From contig JAYZQJ010000006.1 in the NCBI GenBank assembly GCA_036149055.1, forward strand, positions 1 through 14,710: a stretch of DNA of 14,710 nt, given 5' to 3'. Source of the stretch: Myxococcota bacterium. GTDB lineage: Bacteria; Myxococcota_A; Polyangia; Polyangiales; Sandaracinaceae. The notes beneath the pieces were generated by a model. That model did no database searches. It had not been told where the DNA came from and was given only the letters and a program-made list of their open reading frames with translations. Below, piece by piece: positions 7,071-14,644 of this stretch; position 1 is the first letter of the stretch; each line of letters begins with the position of its first letter. The translations under genes were made by a program, and so were the position numbers.

Positions 7071-9251
7071 TCACGGCGCGGGCGTCGCGTCGATCGGGGG
7101 GCGGACGACGTGCTCGGCCGGCGCGGGAGCGGGCGGCGCCAGCGATTCCTCCTCCTCGAGCACGGTGAGGATCTCCGAGACCAGACCGCGGGCGCGCGCG
7201 TAGTCGACGGGCGGGCTCCAGTCGTCGGAGAAGGCCATCTGCCGCTCGATGAGCTCGCGGCGCTCGCGCATGCGGCGCTCGACGATCGCGCGCAGGTCGG
7301 AGGGCGCGCGGATCACCCACGGGGTGACGAAGAACAGCAGGTTGCGGCGGACCGTCCGCTCCTCCGTGCGCCCGAAGAGCGCGCCGAGGATCGGGATGTC
7401 GCTGAGGATCGGGACCCCGCTGCGCACCAGCTCGGTCTGGTCGCGCATCAGGCCTCCGATCACCACCGTCTGACCGTCGTGCGCCACCAGCTCGGTCTCG
7501 GCGACGCTCTGGTTGAAGATGGTCGCGTTCAGGTTCCCCTCGGCCGAGTCGGCGGCGCGCGAGTCCTCGGCGCGGATCTCGAGCCGGATCTCGCCGTCGT
7601 CGTTCACGTGCGGCGTGACCTCGACGATGGTGCCGGTGTCTCGCCGTCCACCCGAGCTGGTGCTCGAGGCGAACGCGGTGGCCGCGGCGGCGCTCGCGTC
7701 GTCGGTCCCGGTCAGCAGCGGGTTGAAGCCGGGCACGCTCGAGCCCTGGAGCGGCACCGACTGACCGATGTTGATGGTGGCCTCCCGGTTGTCGAGCACC
7801 AGCACGTGCGGCGTCGACAGGATGTCCGCCTGGGTGGTGCCGCTCAGCGCGTGGATGAGCGCGCCGTACTGGGGGATGGACTGGCCGTTGACCGTGAGCC
7901 CGCTGACGTCGTCGCCGGTCACGCCGAAGAGCAGCCCGTTCAGCAGATCTTCGCTCGGGGGCGCGACGCCGGCGTGGAAGAAGCCGAGGGCGCTGGTGCC
8001 GAAGAGCTGCGCGATCCCGCCGAGCAGGTCGACGTGCAGCGCGTTCGAGTGATCGACCGTCAGCTCCATCACCACCATCTCGAGGAACACCTGACGCGGC
8101 GGCGCGTCCAGCTCCTCGATCAGGGTCTCGACCGCGCGCTGATCGGCCGGCGTCGCGGTGACCACCAGCGCGTTGAGATCGGCGTGCGCCTCCACCCGGA
8201 CCCGCCCCTGCAGCCCGAGCGACTGGCCTTCGCCCCCGGCCGTCTGGGTGGCGTTCAGCCCCAGCAGCCCTTGCATCGTCGTCGCCACGTTGGCGGCGTC
8301 GCCGTGCTGCAGCCGATGCACGCGCACCGTCGCCCGCGCTCCGTCCTCGCGATCCAGCTCGCGGAGCAGGCCGATCACGCGCCGATACCCGTCCTCGGTC
8401 GCCACCACGATGAGCGCGTTCGTGCGGGGCTCCGCGAGCACCCGGTAGACCTGCGCGCCGCCCTGACTGCCGACCTCCGTGGGGGCGGCCTCCGCCTGCG
8501 GGGTCGCCCGGGCGGGGCGACGCGGCGCGGGGCTCGACCGCGCCGGGGCCGTCTCCTCTTCTTCCCCCAGCACCGCCATCACCTGCTGCGCCGTCTCCTC
8601 GGCGTCCGCGAAGTGCAGCCGCTCGACCCACACGTGGGCGTCGCCGCGCGAGACGTCGATCGCGTCGAGGATCCGGCGCATGCGCGCGATGTTCGCGCCG
8701 GTGTCCACCAGGATGAGGGTCGACGTCGGCGCGTGCGTCACGATGCGCCCCGAAGGCGAGCGGAAGCTCTCGAGGATCTGAGCGGCGTCGGAGACGGGGA
8801 CGTGCGCGACGTGGTGGAGCCACGTGACGTAGCGCTCTCCGCCCCCGGCCGCGTCGTCGTCGGTCACCACCGGGATGGGGCGGCGCGAGGCGTTCTCGTT
8901 GTCCTCCACGTAGTAGAGCCGCCCGCGCCGCACGAGCGTCAGCCCGTTCTGCTCGAGGATGGCGAGGAAGGCCTGCCACGCCTCTCCCGCCGTCACGTCG
9001 CGCTGGCTGGCGACGGTGGCGCGCAGCTCGCGGGCCGGGCCGGTGACCACGATCCGGCGACCGGTGAGGCGCGTCATCATCTGCACCAGGTCCATCAGGT
9101 CGCCGTCCTCGAGGTTGAACCGGACCCGCTCGGCGGGGCGCGCGGGGGGTGGGGGCGCCGCGTCGGCTTCGTCGGCTTCGTCGGGCTCCTGGGCCCGGGC
9201 GTCGAACGGCAGGGAGAGCGCGAGCAGCAGGGCGAGGAGTCGGAGGCGCAT
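7071..9251 (-). CDS. gspD: Type II secretion-type outer-membrane secretin (GspD family), 726 aa
   Basis: Start moved to ATG 9251, giving signal peptide MRLRLLALLLALSLPFDARA-Q. N0 domain FNLEDGDLMDLVQMMTRLTG, three N-repeats ending ILDAID / LLRELD / LIEELD, secretin core QVFLEMVVME, ILSTPHVLVLDNREATINIGQSVP, DGQTVVIGGLM, GVPILSDIPILGALF, NLLFFVTP. Confidence 0.93.
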   Translation of the reverse strand: MRLRLLALLLALSLPFDARAQEPDEADEADAAPPPPARPAERVRFNLEDGDLMDLVQMMTRLTGRRIVVTGPARELRATVASQRDVTAGEAWQAFLAILEQNGLTLVRRGRLYYVEDNENASRRPIPVVTDDDAAGGGERYVTWLHHVAHVPVSDAAQILESFRSPSGRIVTHAPTSTLILVDTGANIARMRRILDAIDVSRGDAHVWVERLHFADAEETAQQVMAVLGEEEETAPARSSPAPRRPARATPQAEAAPTEVGSQGGAQVYRVLAEPRTNALIVVATEDGYRRVIGLLRELDREDGARATVRVHRLQHGDAANVATTMQGLLGLNATQTAGGEGQSLGLQGRVRVEAHADLNALVVTATPADQRAVETLIEELDAPPRQVFLEMVVMELTVDHSNALHVDLLGGIAQLFGTSALGFFHAGVAPPSEDLLNGLLFGVTGDDVSGLTVNGQSIPQYGALIHALSGTTQADILSTPHVLVLDNREATINIGQSVPLQGSSVPGFNPLLTGTDDASAAAATAFASSTSSGGRRDTGTIVEVTPHVNDDGEIRLEIRAEDSRAADSAEGNLNATIFNQSVAETELVAHDGQTVVIGGLMRDQTELVRSGVPILSDIPILGALFGRTEERTVRRNLLFFVTPWVIRAPSDLRAIVERRMRERRELIERQMAFSDDWSPPVDYARARGLVSEILTVLEEEESLAPPAPAPAEHVVRPPIDATPAP

Positions 9252-9263
9252 GCGCGCTGGCAC

Positions 9264-9279
9264 AGCAAGCCGTGTGCCT
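9264..9279 (-). promoter_or_regulatory. Sigma54 (-24/-12)-type promoter for gspD
   Basis: Minus strand reads AGGCACACGGCTTGCT, i.e. GG-N10-GC with GGCAC and TTGCT (consensus TGGCACG-N4-TTGCW). The predicted +1 falls about 2 nt before the ATG at 9251. Confidence 0.65.
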
Positions 9280-9321
9280 CGACCGCCGGGCGCGGCCCGG
9301 CGACGCGTGAGGGGGCCGGCT

Positions 9322-9396
9322 CGACAACCTGGCGCCCGCTCCGTGCGAGTCGCGACAACCCGTCGACGGCCGACGCCCGGCGGCGACTCCGCGTCG
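9322..9396. promoter_or_regulatory. Three CGAC-N5-G(T/G)CG sites at 31-bp period, candidate enhancer-binding-protein sites
   Basis: CGACaacctGGCG at 9322, CGACaacccGTCG at 9353, CGACtccgcGTCG at 9384. The first two share CGACAACC. Confidence 0.4.
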
Positions 9397-9517
9397 TGAC
9401 GGCGCGGGTCACAGACGGTCGCAGATCCATCGCGGCGACGCAGCCTTCGCGGGGTTTGCCCCACGCCAAACGAGGGCGCCGGCGCGGGATCACTTCGGAA
9501 TGAGATCCCCGGCGCGG

Positions 9518-9534
9518 TTGGCACTTCGCGTGCT
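9518..9534 (+). promoter_or_regulatory. Sigma54 (-24/-12)-type promoter for the 9561 lipoprotein gene
   Basis: TTGGCACTTCGCGTGCT is GG-N10-GC with a perfect TGGCAC. Predicted +1 near 9545, just before the GGAGGT RBS at 9548-9553. Confidence 0.65.
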
Positions 9535-9560
9535 GAGTCGGGGGGCCGGAGGTGCTCGAC

Positions 9561-10106
9561 ATGAGAAACTGGAACAGACTGGGATTCGTGCTCGCGCTCG
9601 GCCTCGCCGGGTGCACGATGGAGGCGGGCGACACGTCGGCCCCGCTGATCGCCGACGGCGACGCGGGGGTCTGCGAGTCGTCGTGGACGACGCGGCTCAG
9701 GGTGACGACCGGCGCCCGCGCGACGGTGGGCCGGGTCAACTACGAGATGATCGGCGACGTGCTGTACGCCTCAATCATCATGGCGCCCGACATGACGATC
9801 GGTGACACCTATCTCGGCATCGGCACGCACGGCGCCGCGCCGACCTGGGTGGTGGCGAACCCCGAGCCGTGGGTCACGGGGTGGAGGAGCGAGATGCGGA
9901 TCCGGCAGCGGGTCCCGCGCGACACCTGCGGGACGTCGGTCAAGATCCAGCTCCAGGCCAACGTGCGGCGTCGCGACGGCAGCGGGCGACGCCTGGCGTC
10001 GGCCTACGGCCCGCAGGACCGCGGCCGCTGGGGCTGGGCGGACTTCCGCCCGTGGTGCTGCGACGACGTCTGCGATCCGTCGATCCGACGCTGCGACGTG
10101 GATTGA
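9561..10106 (+). CDS. Lipoprotein of unknown function, predicted beta-rich, 181 aa
   Basis: GGAGGT 7 nt before ATG 9561. Signal MRNWNRLGFVLALGLAG-C. Several Cys residues. Followed by a strong hairpin. Confidence 0.8.
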   Translation: MRNWNRLGFVLALGLAGCTMEAGDTSAPLIADGDAGVCESSWTTRLRVTTGARATVGRVNYEMIGDVLYASIIMAPDMTIGDTYLGIGTHGAAPTWVVANPEPWVTGWRSEMRIRQRVPRDTCGTSVKIQLQANVRRRDGSGRRLASAYGPQDRGRWGWADFRPWCCDDVCDPSIRRCDVD

Positions 10107-10123
10107 TCGACCGCTCGTCACTC

Positions 10124-10154
10124 CCGGGGCGCGCGTCCCTCCCGCGCGCCCCGG
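10124..10154 (+). terminator. GC-rich stem-loop after the lipoprotein gene (terminator or stability hairpin)
   Basis: Perfect 12-bp stem CCGGGGCGCGCG (10124-10135) / CGCGCGCCCCGG (10143-10154) with a 7-nt loop. Only a weak U tail (CCTT). Confidence 0.55.
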
Positions 10155-10260
10155 CCTTCGAGCTCCGTCGTCACGTGCGCAGCCTCTCAGGTGGTTGGAC
10201 CAGTCCGTGCTAGGCCGATCGCGGGCGTCCGCGACTCGACCTACGCTTGGGATGGAAGAC

Positions 10261-13200
10261 ATGGCAGACGACGACCGCTACCGCTTGAAGCATCCGGTCC
10301 GCCTCGTGACCGCGGCGGCGCTGTTCGATGGGCACGACGCGTCCATCAACATCATGCGCCGCATCCTGCAAGCCTCCGGGGCGGAGGTGATCCACCTCGG
10401 CCACAACCGGGCGGTCGAGGAGGTCGCGCTCGCCGCGGTGCAAGAGGACGCGCAGGGCATCGCGCTGACCAGCTACCAGGGCGGCCACGTCGAGTACTTC
10501 GAGTACCTGCGGCAGCGGCTCGACGCGCTGGGGGCGCCGCACGTGCGCATCTATGGCGGCGGCGGCGGCGTGATCGTGCCGAAGGAGATCGAGCGCCTGC
10601 ACCAGAGCGGCATCGATCGGATCTTCAGCCCGGAGGACGGCCGCAACATGGGCCTCCAGGGCATGATCGACGTGGTCCTCGAGGGCTGCGACTACGCGAT
10701 CGCCGAGAAGGCGCCGCAGACCGAGGAGGGCTGGCTCCCCCTCGCGCGCAAGATCTCGCTCGCGGAGCTCGGGCAGGAGCGACCGGCGGGCGAGCTGCCG
10801 AAGGTCCCCGTCATCGGGCTGACCGGCACCGGCGGCGCGGGCAAGAGCTCGCTCACCGACGAGCTCGTGCGGCGCTTCGTCACCGACTTCCCGGAGAAGA
10901 AGGTCGCGGTCCTGTGCATCGACCCGACCAAGCGGAAGACCGGCGGCGCGCTGCTCGGCGACCGCATCCGGATGAACAGCATCAAGCAGGGGCGGGTGTT
11001 CATGCGCTCGCTCGCCACCCGCGGCTCGCGCAGCGAGGTCAGCGTGGCGGCCAAGGACGTGCTCGGCGTCCTGAAGCAGGACGGCTTCGACCTCATCTTC
11101 GTCGAGACCGCCGGCATCGGGCAGGGCGACAGCTCCATCACGGAGCTCGCCGACCTGTCACTCTACGTGATGACCGCGGAGTACGGCGCGCCGAGCCAGC
11201 TCGAGAAGATCGAGATGCTCGACTACGCGGACTTCGTCGCCATCAACAAGTTCACCCGGCGCGGCTCCGAGGACGCGCTGCGCGACGTGCGCAAGCAGTA
11301 CCAGCGAAACCACCAGCGTTTCTCGGACGACCCGAAGTCGCTGCCGATCTTCGGGACCAGCGCGGCGCACTTCAACGACAGCGGCGTCAACGCGCTGTAC
11401 GCGCACCTGGTGAAGGCCGCCAGCGATCGCTTCGAGCTCGGCTGGAGCTCGCACTACGAGGCGGGTCCCGCCCGGGTGACCGACACCAGCCAGCACGTCA
11501 TCCCGCCGGGGCGCGAGCGCTACCTGAGCGAGATCAGCGACGCGTGCCGCGGCCACCGCGAGTGGACGGCGGAGCAGTGCGAGCTCGCCGGGGACCTCGA
11601 CGCCATCGCCCGCACCGTCCAGCTGCTCGGCGGCCCCGCGCATCCGGGGTTCCTGCCCTACGGCGAGGCGGCGGTCGGCGGCGCGGAGCCGCGGCTCGGC
11701 GGGCTGATGGGCGAGCACGACGCGCGCCTCGAGCGCCTCGACGCGGGCTGCCGGAAGGTGCTCGCCGAGTGGAGCGACTGGGACGCGGCCTACCGCGCCG
11801 ACCAGTACACGTACCGCGTCCGCACCCGCGACATCACGGTCGAGAGCTACCGCAGCTCGCTGAGCGACACCAAGATCCCGAAGGTCGCCCGCCCGCGCTA
11901 CGAGGGCGCGGCCGATCGGCTCCGGTGGCGGCTGCTCGAGAACGTGCCCGGCGAGTACCCGTACACGTCGGGGACCTTCCCGTTCAAGCGGACCGCCGAG
12001 GACCCGACGCGCATGTTCGCGGGCGAGGGGCCGTCCGAGCGCACCAACGAGCGCTTCCACTACCTCGCCGACGGGCAGCCCGCGGCGCGCCTGAGCACCG
12101 CCTTCGACTCGATCACGCTCTACGGCGAGGACCCGGACTTCCGCCCCGACATCTACGGCAAGATCGGCGAGAGCGGCGTCAGCGTCTTCACGGTGGAGGA
12201 GGCCGAGCGCCTCTACGCCGGGTTCGATCTCTGCGACCCGACCACCAGCGTGTCGATGACGATCAACGGGCCGGCGCCGACCGTGCTCGCGTTCTTCTTC
12301 AACACCGCGATCCGCCAGCAGTGCCGGCGCTTCCTCCGCGAGCAGGGCCGCCTGGAGATCGACGAAGCCATGGTGCTCCAGCCCGACGCGGCGCGGGGGG
12401 CGACCTGGGCCGAGACCCGCGCGCTCCTGAGCGCGGACGAGCTGGCCGCCTGCCGCGAGCGCGCCCTGAAGAGCGTCCGGGGCACGGTGCAGGCCGACAT
12501 CCTCAAGGAGGATCAGGGCCAGAACACGTGCATCTTCAGCACCGAGTTCGCGCTGAAGATGATGGGCGACGTGCAGCAGTTCTTCATCGAGCACGGCGTC
12601 CGCAACTTCTACAGCGTCTCGATCAGCGGCTATCACATCGCCGAGGCGGGCGCGAACCCGATCCACCAGCTCGCCTACACCCTCGCCAACGGCTTCACGT
12701 ACGTGGAGTACTACAAGGCGCGTGGCATGGACGTGAACGCCTTCGCGCCCAACCTGAGCTTCTTCTTCTCGAACGGGATGGACCCGGAGTACAGCGTCAT
12801 CGGCCGGGTGGCGCGGCGGGTCTGGGCGGTCGCGATGAAGCGCCTCTACGGCGCCAACGCGCGCAGCCAGATGCTCAAGTACCACATCCAGACGAGCGGC
12901 CGATCGCTGCACGCGATGGAGATCGAGTTCAACGACATCCGCACGACGCTGCAGGCGCTGCTCGCCACCTTCGACAACGCCCAGTCGCTGCACACCAACG
13001 CCTACGACGAGGCGATCACCACCCCGACCGAGGAGTCGGTGCGCCGGGCGATGGCCATCCAGCTCATCATCAACAAGGAGTTCGGCCTCGTCTTCTGCGA
13101 GAACGCGACCCAGGGCAGCTTCCTGATCGAGGAGCTGACCGACCTGGTCGAGGAGGCGGTCCTGAAGGAGTTCGACCGCCTCACGGAGCGCGGCGGCGTG

Positions 13201-13584
13201 CTCGGCGCGATGGAGCGGCAGTATCAGCGCGGCCAGATCCAGGACGACTCGCTGAAGTACGAGCACCAGAAGCACTCCGGCGAGCTGCCGATCATCGGCG
13301 TCAACACGTTCTTCCCCAAGAACGCCGCCGAGGCCGGGGCCCCCGCCGAGGTCGCGCTCACCCGCGCGAGCAAGGAAGAGAAGGAGCGCTGCATCGCGCG
13401 CCTCGAGGCCTTCCACGAGGCGCACGCCGCCGAGGCGAAGGAGGCGCTCGCCGAGCTCGAGCGCGCGGCCCTCGCGAACGAGAACCTCTTCGACGCCCTC
13501 CTCGCGGCGACCGAGCACTGCAGCCTCGGCCAGATCACCCAGGCGCTCTACCGCGTCGGCGGCGAGTACCGCCGGAACCTGTGA
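10261..13584 (+). CDS. icmF: Fused isobutyryl-CoA mutase / MeaB-like G-protein chaperone (adenosylcobalamin-dependent), about 1107 aa
   Basis: Domain order matches IcmF: B12-binding domain (LFDGHDASINI..TSYQGGH), G-domain (GTGGAGKSS, LLGDRIRM, ETAGIGQ), mutase barrel (PTRMFAGEG, RGTVQADILKEDQGQNT, YHIQTSGRSL, HTNAYDEA). Phe and Gln occupy the positions where methylmalonyl-CoA mutase has Tyr and Arg. Start is ATG 10261 or 10252; the ORF extension back to 9802 overlaps another gene. Confidence 0.95.
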   Translation: MADDDRYRLKHPVRLVTAAALFDGHDASINIMRRILQASGAEVIHLGHNRAVEEVALAAVQEDAQGIALTSYQGGHVEYFEYLRQRLDALGAPHVRIYGGGGGVIVPKEIERLHQSGIDRIFSPEDGRNMGLQGMIDVVLEGCDYAIAEKAPQTEEGWLPLARKISLAELGQERPAGELPKVPVIGLTGTGGAGKSSLTDELVRRFVTDFPEKKVAVLCIDPTKRKTGGALLGDRIRMNSIKQGRVFMRSLATRGSRSEVSVAAKDVLGVLKQDGFDLIFVETAGIGQGDSSITELADLSLYVMTAEYGAPSQLEKIEMLDYADFVAINKFTRRGSEDALRDVRKQYQRNHQRFSDDPKSLPIFGTSAAHFNDSGVNALYAHLVKAASDRFELGWSSHYEAGPARVTDTSQHVIPPGRERYLSEISDACRGHREWTAEQCELAGDLDAIARTVQLLGGPAHPGFLPYGEAAVGGAEPRLGGLMGEHDARLERLDAGCRKVLAEWSDWDAAYRADQYTYRVRTRDITVESYRSSLSDTKIPKVARPRYEGAADRLRWRLLENVPGEYPYTSGTFPFKRTAEDPTRMFAGEGPSERTNERFHYLADGQPAARLSTAFDSITLYGEDPDFRPDIYGKIGESGVSVFTVEEAERLYAGFDLCDPTTSVSMTINGPAPTVLAFFFNTAIRQQCRRFLREQGRLEIDEAMVLQPDAARGATWAETRALLSADELAACRERALKSVRGTVQADILKEDQGQNTCIFSTEFALKMMGDVQQFFIEHGVRNFYSVSISGYHIAEAGANPIHQLAYTLANGFTYVEYYKARGMDVNAFAPNLSFFFSNGMDPEYSVIGRVARRVWAVAMKRLYGANARSQMLKYHIQTSGRSLHAMEIEFNDIRTTLQALLATFDNAQSLHTNAYDEAITTPTEESVRRAMAIQLIINKEFGLVFCENATQGSFLIEELTDLVEEAVLKEFDRLTERGGVLGAMERQYQRGQIQDDSLKYEHQKHSGELPIIGVNTFFPKNAAEAGAPAEVALTRASKEEKERCIARLEAFHEAHAAEAKEALAELERAALANENLFDALLAATEHCSLGQITQALYRVGGEYRRNL

Positions 13585-13588
13585 CCTT

Positions 13589-14563
13589 CTAGACGGGGCC
13601 CTGGGTCCAGCGGCGGTGGGCGCGGCGGAAGCTCCGCACGCCGGAGAAGCCGAGCGCGTCGGCGACGGTGGCGAAGGGGGTACCCTCGGCCAGCATCGCC
13701 TCGGCCCGGCGTCGGCGCGCCGCGTCGAGGACCTCTCGGAAGGTGGTGCCCTCGGCCGCGAGGCGACGCTGCACGGTGCGCGGCGTCTGGCCGAGGCGGG
13801 CGGCCACCGCGTCGAGGTCGGCGGCGGCGAAGCCGAGCTGGCTCTCGATCGTCTCGACCACGACCGCGGCCGCGCTCCGCTCGCCCATCGCCTCGAGCTT
13901 CGCGCGGCCCTCGGCGCGCAGGTACGCGAACACGACGGAGTCCGACGTGGCGAGCGGGGTGGGCGCGCCGCGGCGGAGGGCGAAGCCGCAGGTCCGGGCG
14001 CCGCGGGAGACCGGCGCGCCGAAGGCGTGGGCGAGCGACGCGTCGTCCGAGGCGTCGTGGGCGGCGAGCCACACCCGGGTGAGCGGCAGCGGGCCGGGGG
14101 TCACCGCGTCGATGGCGCGATGCACGTAGGCGATCGTGTGCAGGTTCAGGGTCGGGCCGAGCGCGTCGGCGCTGCCGTGCACGTAGTAGTGAAGCTCGGT
14201 CTCGTCCCGGGTCTCGCGCACCTCGAAGCGGCCGACCGGGTTGATGAGGCTCGCGTGCCGCGCCAGCTCGCGCAGGCCTCGCTCGAGGTCGGGCGCCGTC
14301 CGCACCAGCAGCTCCGGCAAGCCATAGGTGCCGAACGGGACCGCCCGCGCGAGCGCGAGGCCGAAGGGGCGCCGCTCCGATCGCGCCGCCGCCTCGGCGA
14401 CGAGCCGCTTCACCCGGGACAGCGGCGCGGCCATCGTGCCGTCGGCCGCGCTGGCCGGCAGCCCGCACCCGGCGAGCAGGGCCGCGGCGTCGTCCCCCTC
14501 GAGCCCGGCGAGAGAGAGCACGAGCGGGGTGAGGCGGAAGATGAAGAGCGGGTCGCCGTTCAC
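13589..14563 (-). CDS. AraC-family transcriptional regulator (OruR / Arabinose_bd_2-type N-terminal domain), 324 aa
   Basis: C-terminal double HTH LDAVAARLGQTPRTVQRRLAAEGTTFREVLDAARRRRAEAML..VADALGFSGVRSFRRAHRRWT. N-terminal PFGLALA..TYGLPELLVRTAPDLERGL. Confidence 0.92.
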   Translation of the reverse strand: MNGDPLFIFRLTPLVLSLAGLEGDDAAALLAGCGLPASAADGTMAAPLSRVKRLVAEAAARSERRPFGLALARAVPFGTYGLPELLVRTAPDLERGLRELARHASLINPVGRFEVRETRDETELHYYVHGSADALGPTLNLHTIAYVHRAIDAVTPGPLPLTRVWLAAHDASDDASLAHAFGAPVSRGARTCGFALRRGAPTPLATSDSVVFAYLRAEGRAKLEAMGERSAAAVVVETIESQLGFAAADLDAVAARLGQTPRTVQRRLAAEGTTFREVLDAARRRRAEAMLAEGTPFATVADALGFSGVRSFRRAHRRWTQGPV

Positions 14564-14605
14564 CGGCGCAGCATGCCCCCGCGCGCGTCGCCACGTTAGC
14601 AGCGC

Positions 14606-14644
14606 GCGGCGAAAATGACTGAAGGTGCGGCAAATATTGCCGCA
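14606..14644. promoter_or_regulatory. Candidate operator upstream of the AraC gene: 21-bp-spaced direct repeat plus palindrome
   Basis: GCGGCGAAAAT at 14606 and GCGGCAAATAT at 14627. Perfect inverted repeat TGCGGCAA-ata-TTGCCGCA at 14626-14644. Locally AT-rich. Confidence 0.5.

Noticed and set aside
6807..9503. 898-aa plus-strand ORF and the 804-aa alternative minus frame (6913..9327)
   Set aside because: Both overlap gspD, are low-information or Arg-rich, and show no domain motifs.
9252..9524. 91-residue N-terminal extension of GspD
   Set aside because: The signal peptide starts at ATG 9251 and the extension covers the promoter region.
9802..10251. 150-residue N-terminal extension of IcmF suggesting a novel fusion
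   Set aside because: Overlaps the 9561..10106 lipoprotein gene and its hairpin. IcmF similarity begins only near 10261.
10107..10260. Possible cobalamin riboswitch upstream of icmF
   Set aside because: No B12-box or other conserved riboswitch elements recognised, and the -10-like hexamer leaves almost no leader. An Rfam scan would settle it.
12001..12525. Methylmalonyl-CoA mutase or pivalyl-CoA mutase assignment
   Set aside because: RMFAG (Phe) and EDQGQ (Gln) plus the fused G-domain match isobutyryl-CoA mutase IcmF.
10191..13592. 1133-aa alternative-frame ORF and 786-aa antisense ORF (11158..13518)
   Set aside because: Frame shadows of icmF caused by strong GC3 bias.
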